Positions 1 to 12,757 of a stretch of DNA of 39,511 nucleotides are shown piece after piece. This DNA is from Nemertoderma westbladi (Eukaryota > Animalia > Xenacoelomorpha): NCBI GenBank assembly GCA_032718475.1, contig JAUCBJ010001908.1:1-39511 (forward strand), read 5' to 3'. Position numbers and translations under genes: made by a program. Below the pieces are notes generated by a model, which saw only the letters and a list, made by a program, of their open reading frames with translations, was not told the DNA's origin and did no database searches. Each line of letters starts with the position of its first letter. The first letter of the stretch is position 1.

Positions 1-327
1 GTTATTCCCCATTACAAACTGATTAAAATAACAATACAATGGTGGGCTATGTAAAAAAATATCCGAATTCGCCCTAGGGAAAATAACCAGTTATTAATCC
101 CATCCCGCTTTTGGTAGCTTAGTTACATCCAATCAATTAGAATATTATAATAAAATTTAAAATATTCGCATTTTAATACGTTCCATCCACTAGCTACCAT
201 GGTTACAATTCACAACCACTTTGATTAGAACTTAAGGCAGCAAAAGTAATGTACAGAGGCGCTTGCATACGTGGAAGAGGTATAGTAAATCTGGAACTGA
301 TTTTAAAGATTGAGACCTGATAATATG

Positions 328-1180
328 AGGGAGCAGAGTTCTAGAAATTCACATTTGCTGCAAATCCTTCAATGATAAAATGTCCCTTTGATATTCAAGC
401 AACTAAATTTACGGTAGCTATGTTTTAGGTAAGCATAGCTATTATTTTCGACACTGGTTCCGTTCTCCTACTTTCCCGTACAAATTTTTTTATCGTAGCA
501 CTTGTTAATTTTTATATATAATTTCAATTTATTATACTGTAGTTCCTTTTAAAAAATATTATTCTAGAAGGAATACCGTTTTGACTAGAGGTCTGTATAG
601 CACTACATTTTTAAAACATATATCATTGTTACATGGCAACGTTGAGGAGTTGTAGAACAAATGAAAATAATTATATACTATTCTAAACCATAAATAAAAT
701 AAAATAATATTACGTTCTAGAACATATAGCTAGTTTATTTTTAATTCTAAAATAGCTAGTAAAATAAAAAAAAGTATTTAAATGAATTTCTGAATACATT
801 TAAATGAATATTGAAAATTGTTATATTTCTAACATATACCGGTAGCTATTTTTTTTAATTAAAATACCTAGTAAATAAAAAAATTTATTTTTAAATCAAT
901 TTCTGAATAGGCCTACATTTAAATGAAAATTGAAAATTTCCAAAGCACCAAACATTAATAAAACAATTTTTATATTATTTTAAATTACAAGCTAATTAAA
1001 AATTGATAAATAACTAGCTATATGTACTAGAACGTTATATTTTTAATTTTATTTAAGTTCTAGAATTAGTGTATACTAATACTGTATAATATTTATAATT
1101 TGTTCTAGAACTCTAAAATGTTGCCATGGTAACCATGATTTATGGTATAAAAATGTAGTGCTATGCGGATTCGGAACTGT
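328..1180. mobile_element. Diverged foldback/MITE-like element related to the 4.4-5.4 kb palindrome
   Basis: ~330-590 aligns with 4490-4790 (gagttctagaaatt..catttgctgcaa; ttttaggta; ttcgacactggttccg). 597-662 is an imperfect inverted repeat of 1098-1164. Internal tandem duplication ~716-825 / 827-937. Confidence 0.6.
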
Positions 1181-1274
1181 TACCTTAGTTTTAATATTTT
1201 CTGCGTCAAGAGTCAGTCCCCAAATCTGCAAAAAGTGATAACAAATGTACGTTATTCAAGAAAGATCGATCGCT

Positions 1275-1500
1275 AAGGAGACGTGGGGGGGGGGGGGGGG
1301 GGGCGTTGTTGGACGCAAATCCCATCTCTTCGAATTTATATTTCGTCTTAATGTTAAATTAAAAATTAAGGGGAATGCGCGTTTTACAAATTGCACTCTT
1401 ATTCTAACCAAAACAATAAGTTAAAGACAATAAAACAGGTTACAGTTGTATTTTTTAGGAGTAATCAGCTGTTATTTGCGTCGATTTTACCCTGGAGCGG
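1275..1500 (+). mobile_element. MITE-like dispersed repeat, copy 1 (truncated where a SINE begins)
   Basis: G-run + ggacgcaaatcccatct ... aacaggttac..gagtaatcagctgttatttgcgt..ccctggag, shared with 31141-31305. Confidence 0.6.
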
Positions 1501-1501
1501 T

Positions 1502-1668
1502 ATAAAAGTAAAAAAAAATGTAAAATGTTTATTCGGCTGTTACGTGCAAAGTCGGGCGACCTACTGTATTTCCAGTGCGGGCCCCCTCGAACTATACTCC
1601 ACAGAGGAAAAGCCAGTACCGGTACTCATTTAGCTACCACTTCAGGATGCAAGCAAAAATGCGCCCTT
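1502..1668 (-). mobile_element. 5'-truncated copy of the tRNA-derived SINE at 33.75-34.03 kb
   Basis: Reverse complement aligns with 33865-34031 (agggcgcat..ttgcatcct..tggtagctaaatgagtac; ccgcactgg; gactttgc.cgtaa; gccgaa; T-rich tail). Confidence 0.75.
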
Positions 1669-1838
1669 GTTACACCCGCTTTTTATTCCGTCGAAAGTCC
1701 CATTATCTGTAGCTGGGAAATAAATATGAGAAATAGAGCTATAACATTTACGCTGTTACCTACTATATAAATACATAATTTAATAAATGTATTGATTGCT
1801 CTTCTGCAGAAAGGCCACCTATGAAAGCATTAAAAATG

Positions 1839-2240
1839 ACTGAAATAATAGACATAAAATAAGATTACTGAAGTAATGTCTACTATATTTATTACTAGCA
1901 TCCCTTGGGCAGGAACACCCTCGGGCTTCGCCCTCGGGTTGTTTCCTGCCCGCGGGTTAAATAACCGGGAAAATAACTCAATAATAGGGTAATAAGTGTG
2001 TTATTCCCCATTACCTTCACTCACCTACGAGTAATTTATTGCTAAGGCTTCAAACATTTCTAAAAGGGTTTTGTTTGGGGGGAGTTGATTAAAAATGGGG
2101 CTTGGTATTTTTGGGGGGAAATAACTAAGCATATATATTTTATCACTATTTTTTTCCTATATTGATACGATTTAATTCAACGAATATTATTTATGGTAGA
2201 CATTACTTCAGTAATCTTATTTTATGTCTATTATTTCAGT
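1839..2240. repeat. 45-bp perfect inverted repeat pair enclosing a GC-rich hairpin
   Basis: 1839-1883 is the reverse complement of 2196-2240. Internal hairpin ggcaggaa..ccctcgggcttcgccctcggg..ttcctgcc at ~1908-1950. Confidence 0.8.
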
Positions 2241-2414
2241 AATCAAGTAATTTCATTTCATATTTTTCATATTCATAAATTTCATTTCAATATTTCAGTA
2301 AGTACTCAATAATAGGGTAATAAATATAGATAAGTAGTGCGATTTGAAAGAACATAATTATTGTTTAAATCCGGAACGTTTATATAATGCTAAGAAACTA
2401 AAACGTAATCACAA

Positions 2415-3911
2415 GTGGATTATGACTCTCTCTTACCAACAGGTACCCACCCAGGAATTCTATATGGACTCCCTAAAGTCCATAAGGATGGAATCCCCAC
2501 ACGCCCAATACTGTCAGCCATTGGTACCCCGCAATATACAATGTAGCAAAGTATCTTGTCCCAAAACTGTTACCCTACAGTATTAATGATTATACTGTTA
2601 AGGATACTTTTTCTTTTGTACAAGAGATTAGTAATCTTAACGTCGGGCCAACTAGATATATGGTTAGCTTCGACGTCAAGAGTCTTTTCACCAACATACC
2701 TGTAGAAGAAACTATTGTTATTTTACTGAACCAACTGTACAAAGACCAAACAACTGTAGACGGCCTCACTAGGAGACAGTACAAACAATTACTGGACTTT
2801 GCAGCGAAAAATATAGAATTTATTTTTAATAATCGCAAATACATACAAATAGATGGAGTATCTATGGGTAGTCCAATTGGCCCAATGTTTGCAAATGCAT
2901 TTTTATGCTACTATGAGAAAATCTGGCTTGAAAATTGTCCCCCTAACACAAAACCTATATTCTACAGACGCTATGTAGATGATTGTTTTATTATTTTTCG
3001 TGACCGCACTCACGCAACACAATTTCTACAGTACCTCAATGGTCAACATAGGAACATAGAATTCACTGCAGAATTTGAGAGCAATAATTCCTTATCCTTC
3101 CTTGACATTGAGATAACTAAGGAAATTAACCACAAGTTTAGTACGTCCGTCTACCGTAAGCCTACGTTCACTGGGTTATACACTAGCTACGACAGTTTTA
3201 TACCAGAAAAATTTAAGGCCTCATTGATAGCTACTCTAGTTTTCAGAATATTCACAATTTGCTCTAGTTGGCGGCAATTTCAAACTGAAATTATGAATCT
3301 ACATAATATACTCTCCCTTAATGGTTTCCCTAGCAACTTTTTCTGGTCCATAGCCCACCGTATAACTATCAAACTAACCAACCTCCCACTCCCTAGGGTC
3401 CCTACAGTAGGAAAGAAACCTGTATATTTAATCATACCGTATCTTGGAACGATGTCAACACAAATTCAACAGCGTCTTAAAATACTTTCTAGAACATTTC
3501 CACAAGTAGAACTCAAACTAATATTTAGACCCACATCTCGACTGGCTAATTACTTTCCCTTCAAGGACAGATTTCCCAAAGCGATGAGATCTCTTACTTT
3601 ATATCACTTTAAGTGCACCAGCTGTAATGCTGACTACATCGGTAAATCCGAGCGCCACTTTAAAGTAAGAATCTCTGAGCACCTTGCGAAGTCTCCCCGA
3701 ACAGGAAAGCCAACAGCCACTCCTAGACACTCCTCCATACATGAACATGCACTTGAGTACGACCACCGATTCGAAAGCCAAGACTTTAATATTATAGGTA
3801 CAGCCACTAACAACTACGATCTACTAATTAAAGAAAGTCTAATTATACAGAAACAAAGACCATCACTTAACATATGTACAAGACACTTCATTCCCGCTAT
3901 ATCTATTTTAA
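2415..3911 (+). pseudogene. Penelope-type reverse transcriptase / GIY-YIG endonuclease, frameshifted (main ORF 2660-3958)
   Basis: Motifs ILYGLPKVHK..PTRPI (upstream frame), SFDVKSLFTNIP, GVSMGSPIGP, YRRYVDD, FLDI, VYRKPT, LYHFKCTSCNADYIGKSERHFKVRISEH. Frameshifts at ~2535 and ~3875; the restored C-terminus NIQDTSFPLYLF* ends at 3911. Confidence 0.9.
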
Positions 3912-4196
3912 TTATGATAACTATTACATACAGTACAATTCTAATGTATCTACTGTAATGAACACACTACCTAGTTAGTTTACTGCCTTTAGTCTTTGAT
4001 TGCTACCGGTACTGTAATTTTATCTATAATTTCTCTGTAATCCTGCATTTACTTCATTATACTTAGTAAAAATATTCTAATTTACATTTATCGTAATTAC
4101 CCATCCTATCACATTTTGAATTTTGTTTACTCTTATCTTTTACATTAATTTTAGGTTTTTTCATATAATTATAGTTATTTTGTACCTACAGTATTA

Positions 4197-4234
4197 TGGC
4201 TGATGATGTATAACGTAATATACGAAACGTTCCG
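4197..4234 (+). ncRNA. Minimal type I hammerhead ribozyme (Penelope-associated)
   Basis: tgg-CTGATGA-t-gtata/acgtaa/tatac (stem II)-GAAA-cgtt-ccg: palindromic ACGT stem III and a 3-bp stem I. Confidence 0.75.
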
Positions 4235-4399
4235 GATTTAAACAATAATTATGTTCTTTCAAATCGCACTACTTATCTTATTTTGTCTCAAATTAAGATA
4301 TCCTCCTGGGATCACCATAACTTCAATCTGATAATAGAATAGACCACACTATGCTAACAATTCCCTAAAAGGTGAAAGGTGCCACCATGGCCTACTATA

Positions 4400-5410
4400 T
4401 ACTATATTTATACGGCCTAACAGGTCACTTTGAAGTGGCCTCTTAAAAAGAGGCCAGTTTTTTTTTTTACACTATTTTGATATTTTGATATGGGGAGAGT
4501 TCTATAAATTTTCATTTGCTGCAATTTGGTCAACGGTCGTAATTGAAGACTCCTCGTTAAGCAAGATACTAAATTTTATGGTAGCTAGTGCTGTAGTGTT
4601 TTAGGTAGGTTTAGCTAGTAGTTTCGACCCTGGTTCCGAGTTCCGACATCCTACTTCCCTCTATAAATATTTTGTAGGAGCTAGTTCTTATTACTATTTG
4701 TATAGAAAATGTTCCAGAAGATGTTAGCTAGGGCCTATTCATTTTTAAAAAAAAAGATGTTCTAGAACAAATATTTTTTGTCTGGATTCTGTATCAAATA
4801 AATCTGGATTATATTTAAAACGCATGGAATCGTTCTAAAACGTGTTTAAAATCCATAAAAAAAATTTTTTTCAAAATTTTTTTTTCACAATATTTTTTTT
4901 CACAATTTTATTTTATTCATTTTAAACACGTTTTAGAACGATTCCATGCGTTTTAAATAGAATCCAGATTTTTTTCTAAAAAATGTTCTAGAACAAAAAA
5001 TATTTGTTCTAGAACATAATTTTTTTAAAAATGAATAGCTAACATCTTCTGGAACATTTTCTATACAAATACAGTAGTAATAAGAACTAGCTACTACAAA
5101 ATATTTATAGAAGGAAGTAGGATGTCGGAACTCGGAACCAGGGTCGAAACTACAGTACTAGCTAGCTAAACCTACCTAAAACACTAGCTACCATAAAATT
5201 TAGTATCTTGCTGGTCAATGGTCAACGCTTTTTCGGTCAACGGTCGTAATTGAAGACTCCTCGTCAATTACGTCCGTTGACCAAATTGCAGCAAATGAAA
5301 ATTTATAGAACTCTCCCCATAACAAAATATCAAAATAGTGTAAAAAATAACTGGCCTCTTTTTAAGAGGCCACTTCAAGTGACCTGTTAGGCCGTATAAA
5401 TATACAGTAT
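4400..5410. mobile_element. ~1 kb foldback (palindromic) non-autonomous element
   Basis: 4400-4860 is a close reverse complement of 4910-5410; ends tatatttatacggcctaacaggtcac / gtgacctgttaggccgtataaatata. Confidence 0.85.
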
Positions 5411-5574
5411 GTACGGTCTGGGCTAACCGCTAAATAAGTATGCCTGAAGAAAGTGAAGAATGAGGAATGTAAATAGTGTATTAAGACATCTACAGTACTA
5501 ACGTATACGTGCAACATTCCTCTGTTTTTTTAGAATTTCATTTTTAAAAGTTTATCAATTTTATCAGGCACGGG

Positions 5575-5650
5575 TGTGGGGGGGGGGGTGGACTTTTGTC
5601 GCAAATAAAATTAATCCCTCTCCGGGGGAAAATCGACGCCAATAACAGCT
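5575..5650 (-). mobile_element. MITE-like dispersed repeat, terminal fragment
   Basis: Reverse complement (ctgttattggcgtcgattttcccccggagagggattaattt..C-run) matches 31274-31350. Confidence 0.55.
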
Positions 5651-5722
5651 AATATTGCCAATAACAGCAATATTGCCTGCTGATACGAAAAAAATCATCT
5701 TGCGAAGTTTCAAGCTACTGTA

Positions 5723-5946
5723 TGTTAGGTGAATTTAATTTGCCAAATAAATTTTCAGTGTGTTTTTTTACCTTGCGCCCCCATGCAGCTGCAATAGAAA
5801 TAGTAATTATACATGTTAGGTGTATACGTTCCACCCTTTTACTGTTAGGTGTATCACTTCCACCCGGTTACTGTTAGGTGTGTTGTTCACATGAGATACT
5901 GTTAGGTGTAACATGTATAATTTCCCTGGATTGGATGTTAGGTGTA
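5723..5946 (+). repeat. Six spaced copies of TGTTAGGTG
   Basis: Copies start at 5723, 5814, 5843, 5872, 5900 and 5936. Confidence 0.75.
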
Positions 5947-6179
5947 TTGATTCCATGAGTTCACAAATCTGTGTAACATTTCTGCAATTCTAATGTTACA
6001 GTAGATTCATAAATATATATTATTTCACATTCATATATATACATTATGGGTTTTCTGGGACGCCGATCACGAATATAGCACTCAAAAAATATAGTATTAA
6101 TCAACCAAATTCGATTTTCGCAGTTTGGAATTTTATATGAGGCCTACTTGTATTTTTCGGCCATTTTTGTATTTTACAT

Positions 6180-9100
6180 AGCGCAATCAATTATATAACA
6201 AGGTGTAACCAATATTGGTGAGTGTTTATATTATGTGGCTAACTAATATTGTGCTAACAACTGAATTACAGTGTAATCAAATTATATAACAAGGTGTAAC
6301 CAATATTGGTGAGTGTTTATATTATGTGGCTAACTAATATTGTGCTAACAACTGAATTACAGTGTAATCAAATTATATAACAAGGTGTAACCAATATTGG
6401 AGAGTGTGTATATTATCGGGCTAACTAATATTGTGCTAACAACTGAATTACAGTGTAATCAAATTATATAACAAGGTGTAACCAATATTGGTGAGTGTGT
6501 ATAGTATGTGGCTAACTAATATTCTGCTAACTGAACTATAGTTTAATCAATTATGTGATATAACAAGGTGTAACCAATATTTGCGAGTGTCTATATTTTC
6601 TGGCTAACTAATATTGTGCTAACTGAACTATAGTTTAATCAATTATGTGATATAACAAGGTGTAACCAATATTTGCGAGTGTTTATATTTTCTGGCTAAC
6701 TAATATTGTGCTACCAACTGAACTACAGCGTAATCAAATTATATAACAAGGTGTAACCAATATTGGTGAGTGTTTATATTATGTGGCTAACTAATATTGT
6801 GCTAACAACTGAATTACAGTGTAATCAAATTATATAACAAGGTGTAACCAATATTTGCGAGTGTTTATATTTTCTGGCTAACTAATATTGTGCTACCAAC
6901 TGAACTACAGCGTAATCAAATTATATAACAAGGTGTAACCAATATTGGTGAGTGTTTATATTATGTGGCTAACTAATATTGTGCTAACAACTGAATTACA
7001 GTGTAATCAAATTATATAACAAGGTGTAACCAATATTGGAGAGTGTGTATATTATCTGGCTAACTAATATTGTGCTAACAACTGAATTACAGTGTAATCA
7101 AATTATATAACAAGGTGTAACCAATATTGGTGAGTGTGTATATTATCGGGCTAACTAATATTCTGCTAACTGAACTATAGTTTAATCAATTATGTGATAT
7201 AACAAGGTGTAACCAATATTGGTGAGTGTTTATATTATGTGGCTAACTAATATTGTGCTAACAACTGAATTACAGTGTAATCAAATTATATAACAAGGTG
7301 TAACCAATATTGGTGAGTGTGTATATTATCGGGCTAACTAATATTCTGCTAACTGAACTATAGTTTAATCAATTATGTGATATAACAAGGTGTAACCAAT
7401 ATTTGCGAGTGTCTATATTTTCTGGCTAACTAATATTGTGCTACCAACTGAACTACAGTGTAATCAAATTATATAACAAGGTGTAACCAATATTGGTGAG
7501 TGTTTATATTATGTGGCTAACTAATATTGTGCTAACAACTGAATTACAGTGTAATCAAATTATATAACAAGGTGTAACCAATATTGGTGAGTGTTTATAT
7601 TATGTGGCTAACTAATATTGTGCTAACAACTGAATTACAGTGTAATCAAATTATATAACAAGGTGTAACCAATATTTGCGAGTGTCTATATTTTCTGGCT
7701 AACTAATATTGTGCTACCAACTGAACTACAGTGTAATCAAATTATATAACAAGGTGTAACCAATATTGGTGAGTGTTTATATTATGTGGCTAACTAATAT
7801 TGTGCTACCAACTGAACTACAGCGTAATCAAATTATATAACAAGGTGTAACCAATATTTGTGAGTGTTTATATTATGTGGCTAACTAATATTGTGCTAAC
7901 AACTGAATTACAGTGTAATCAAATTATATAACAAGGTGTAACCAATATTGGTGAGTGTTTATATTTTCTGGCTAACTAATATTGTGCTACCAACTGAACT
8001 ACAGCGTAATCAAATTATATAACAAGGTGTAACCAATATTGGTGAGTGTTTATATTATGTGGCTAACTAATATTGTGCTAACAACTGAATTACAGTGTAA
8101 TCAAATTATATAACAAGGTGTAACCAATATTGGTGAGTGTTTATATTATGTGGCTAACTAATATTATGCTACCAACTGAACTACAGCGTAATCAAATTAT
8201 ATGACAAGGTGTAACCAATATTGGTGAGTGTTTATATTATGTGGCTAACTAATATTATGCTACCAACTGAACTACAGCGTAATCAAATTATATAACAAGG
8301 TGTAACCAATATTGGTGAGTGTTTATATTATGTGGCTAACTAATATTATGCTACCAACTGAACTACAGCGTAATCAAATTATATAACAAGGTGTAACCAA
8401 TATTGGTGAGTGTTTATATTATGTGGCTAACTAATATTATGCTACCAACTGAACTACAGCGTAATCAAATTATATGACAAGGTGTAACCAATATTGGTGA
8501 GTGTTTATATTATGTGGCTAACTAATATTATGCTACCAACTGAACTACAGCGTAATCAAATTATATAACAAGGTGTAACCAATATTGGTGAGTGTTTATA
8601 TTATGTGGCTAACTAATATTGTGCTACCAACTGAACTACAGCGTAATCAAATTATATAACAAGGTGTAACCAATATTGGTGAGTGTTTATATTATGTGGC
8701 TAACTAATATTGTGCTAACAACTGAATTACAGTGTAATCAAATTATATAACAAGGTGTAACCAATATTGGTGAGTGTTTATATTTTCTGGCTAACTAATA
8801 TTGTGCTACCAACTGAACTACAGCGTAATCAAATTATATAACAAGGTGTAACCAATATTGGTGAGTGTTTATATTATGTGGCTAACTAATATTGTGCTAC
8901 CAACTGAACTACAGCGTAATCAAATTATATAACAAGGTGTAACCAATATTGGTGAGTGTGTATATTATCGGGCTAACTAATATTGTGCTAACAACTGAAT
9001 TACAGTGTAATCAAATTATATAACAAGGTGTAACCAATATTGGTGAGTGTTTATATTATGTGGCTAACTAATATTGTGCTACCAACTGAACTACAGCGTA

Positions 9101-12100
9101 ATCAAATTATATAACAAGGTGTAACCAATATTGGTGAGTGTGTATATTATGTGGCTAACTAATATTGTGCTAACAACTGAATTACAGTGTAATCAAATTA
9201 TATAACAAGGTGTAACCAATATTGGTGAGTGTTTATATTTTCTGGCTAACTAATATTGTGCTACCAACTGAACTACAGCGTAATCAAATTATATAACAAG
9301 GTGTAACCAATATTGGTGAGTGTTTATATTATGTGGCTAACTAATATTGTGCTACCAACTGAACTACAGCGTAATCAAATTATATAACAAGGTGTAACCA
9401 ATATTGGTGAGTGTGTATATTATGTGGCTAACTAATATTGTGCTAACAACTGAATTACAGTGTAATCAAATTATATAACAAGGTGTAACCAATATTGGTG
9501 AGTGTTTATATTTTCTGGCTAACTAATATTGTGCTACCAACTGAACTACAGCGTAATCAAATTATATAACAAGGTGTAACCAATATTGGTGAGTGTTTAT
9601 ATTATGTGGCTAACTAATATTGTGCTAACAACTGAATTACAGTGTAATCAAATTATATAACAAGGTGTAACCAATATTGGTGAGTGTTTATATTATGTGG
9701 CTAACTAATATTGTGCTAACAACTGAATTACAGTGTAATCAAATTATATAACAAGGTGTAACCAATATTGGTGAGTGTTTATATTTTCTGGCTAACTAAT
9801 ATTGTGCTAACTGAACTACAGTGTAATCAAATTATATAACAAGGTGTAACCAATATTGGTGAGTGTGTATATTATGTGGCTAACTAATATTGTGCTACCA
9901 ACTGAACTACAGCGTAATCAAATTATATAACAAGGTGTAACCAATATTGGTGAGTGTTTATATTATGTGGCTAACTAATATTGTGCTAACAACTGAATTA
10001 CAGTGTAATCAAATTATATAACAAGGTGTAACCAATATTGGTGAGTGTTTATATTTTCTGGCTAACTAATATTGTGCTAACTGAACTACAGTGTAATCAA
10101 ATTATATAACAAGGTGTAACCAATATTGGTGAGTGTGTATATTATGTGGCTAACTAATATTGTGCTACCAACTGAACTACAGCGTAATCAAATTATATAA
10201 CAAGGTGTAACCAATATTGGTGAGTGTTTATATTATGTGGCTAACTAATATTGTGCTAACAACTGAATTACAGTGTAATCAAATTATATAACAAGGTGTA
10301 ACCAATATTGGTGAGTGTTTATATTTTCTGGCTAACTAATATTGTGCTACCAACTGAACTACAGCGTAATCAAATTATATAACAAGGTGTAACCAATATT
10401 GGTGAGTGTGTATAGTATGTGGCTAACTAATATTGTGCTACCAACTGAACTACAGCGTAATCAAATTATATAACAAGGTGTAACCAATATTGGTGAGTGT
10501 TTATATTATGTGGCTAACTAATATTGTGCTAACAACTGAATTACAGTGTAATCAAATTATATAACAAGGTGTAACCAATATTGGTGAGTGTGTATATTAT
10601 GTGGCTAACTAATATTGTGCTAACAACTGAATTACAGTGTAATCAAATTATATAACAAGGTGTAACCAATATTGGTGAGTGTGTATAGTATGTGGCTAAC
10701 TAATATTGTGCTAACAACTGAACTACAGTGTAATCAAATTATATAACAAGGTGTAACCAATATTGGTGAGTGTGTATATTTTCTGGCTAACTAATATTGT
10801 GCTAACAACTGAACTACAGCGTAATCAAATTATATAACAAGGTGTAACCAATATTGGTGAGTGTGTATAGTATGTGGCTAACTAATATTGTGCTAACAAC
10901 TGAACTACAGTGTAATCAAATTATATAACAAGGTGTAACCAATATTGGTGAGTGTGTATATTATGTGGCTAACTAATATTGTGCTAACAACTGAATTACA
11001 GTGTAATCAAATTATATAACAAGGTGTAACCAATATTGGTGAGTGTGTATATTATGTGGCTAACTAATATTGTGCTAACAACTGAATTACAGTGTAATCA
11101 AATTATATAACAAGGTGTAACCAATATTTGCGAGTGTCTATATTTTCTGGCTAACTAATATTGTGCTACCAACTGAACTACAGTGTAATCAAATTATATA
11201 ACAAGGTGTAACCAATATTGGTGAGTGTTTATATTATGTGGCTAACTAATATTGTGCTACCAACTGAACTACAGCGTAATCAAATTATATAACAAGGTGT
11301 AACCAATATTGGTGAGTGTTTATATTATGTGGCTAACTAATATTGTGCTAACAACTGAACTACAGTGTAATCAAATTATATAACAAGGTGTAACCAATAT
11401 TGGTGAGTGTTTATATTATGTGGCTAACTAATATTGTGCTAACAACTGAATTACAGTGTAATCAAATTATATGATAAGGTGTAACCAATATTGGTGAGTG
11501 TGTATATTATGTGGCTAACTAATATTGTGCTAACAACTGAATTACAGTGTAATCAAATTATATAACAAGGTGTAACCAATATTGGTGAGTGTTTATATTT
11601 TCTGGCTAACTAATATTGTGCTACCAACTGAACTACAGCGTAATCAAATTATATAACAAGGTGTAACCAATATTGGTGAGTGTTTATATTATGTGGCTAA
11701 CTAATATTGTGCTACCAACTGAACTACAGCGTAATCAAATTATATAACAAGGTGTAACCAATATTGGTGAGTGTTTATATTATGTGGCTAACTAATATTG
11801 TGCTACCAACTGAACTACAGCGTAATCAAATTATATAACAAGGTGTAACCAATATTGGTGAGTGTTTATATTATGTGGCTAACTAATATTGTGCTAACTG
11901 AACTCAGTGTAATAAATTATATGATAAGGTGTAACCAATATTGGTGAGTGTGTATATTATGTGGCTAACTAATATTGTGCTAACAACTGAATTACAGTGT
12001 AATCAAATTATATAACAAGGTGTAACCAATATTGGTGAGTGTGTATATTATGTGGCTAACTAATATTGTGCTAACAACTGAATTACAGTGTAATCAAATT

Positions 12101-12424
12101 ATATAACAAGGTGTAACCAATATTGGTGAGTGTGTATATTATGTGGCTAACTAATATTGTGCTAACAACTGAATTACAGTGTAATCAAATTATATAACAA
12201 GGTGTAACCAATATTGGTGAGTGTGTATAGTATGTGGCTAACTAATATTGTGCTAACAACTGAACTACAGTGTAATCAAATTATATAACAAGGTGTAACC
12301 AATATTGGTGAGTGTGTATATTATGTGGCTAACTAATATTGTGCTAACAACTGAATTACAGTGTAATCAAATTATATAACAAGGTGTAACCAATATTGGA
12401 GAGTGTGTATATTATCGGGCTAAC
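6180..12424. repeat. 91-bp satellite array, left block (~69 units)
   Basis: Unit ttatataacaaggtgtaaccaatattggtgagtgtttatattatgtggctaactaatattgtgctaacaactgaattacagtgtaatcaaa; period 6191->6282. Confidence 0.98.
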
Positions 12425-12757
12425 TGATGGGTTAATTGCCTTATTTAGAGTAGATCATTATTATTGTACATTCATTAGTGAATAAACTCTAAGCATTTAT
12501 TAGTAACAATATTCGCCACATATAATATATTGCTTGTACATTACGATTACCCGACATAGCCCACTTCCTATGTTGGGATAAATCATTCAGCTGAATATAA
12601 TATCTTGATGAGTTTACTGGTGGTGGTTAAAATGGATTTAAGTAAAATGATTGTTATATTTATTATTGTAACTTCGGATTAAATTAAATGTATTAATTGT
12701 TTATACATTCTGTATTTTATTATTTTGTACCTGTGGATAAATTCCACAAACATATCA
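12425..12757 (+). repeat. 5' LTR
   Basis: tgatgggttaatt...caaacatatca; matches 17576-17908. Confidence 0.97.

Larger units (their letters stand above)
2328..4278 (+). mobile_element. Penelope-like retroelement, 5'-truncated, with inverted pseudo-LTR
   Basis: RT + GIY-YIG coding region; 2328-2381 is the reverse complement of 4225-4278; hammerhead motif in the 3' region. Confidence 0.92.

Noticed and set aside
1391-1770. Short ORFs, and likewise those at 28449, 30121-31857, 39006 and inside gag-pol
   Set aside because: They overlap repeats or real ORFs and have no recognisable motifs
4381-4390. Perfect Kozak GCCACCATGG
   Set aside because: No ORF follows; it runs into the foldback element
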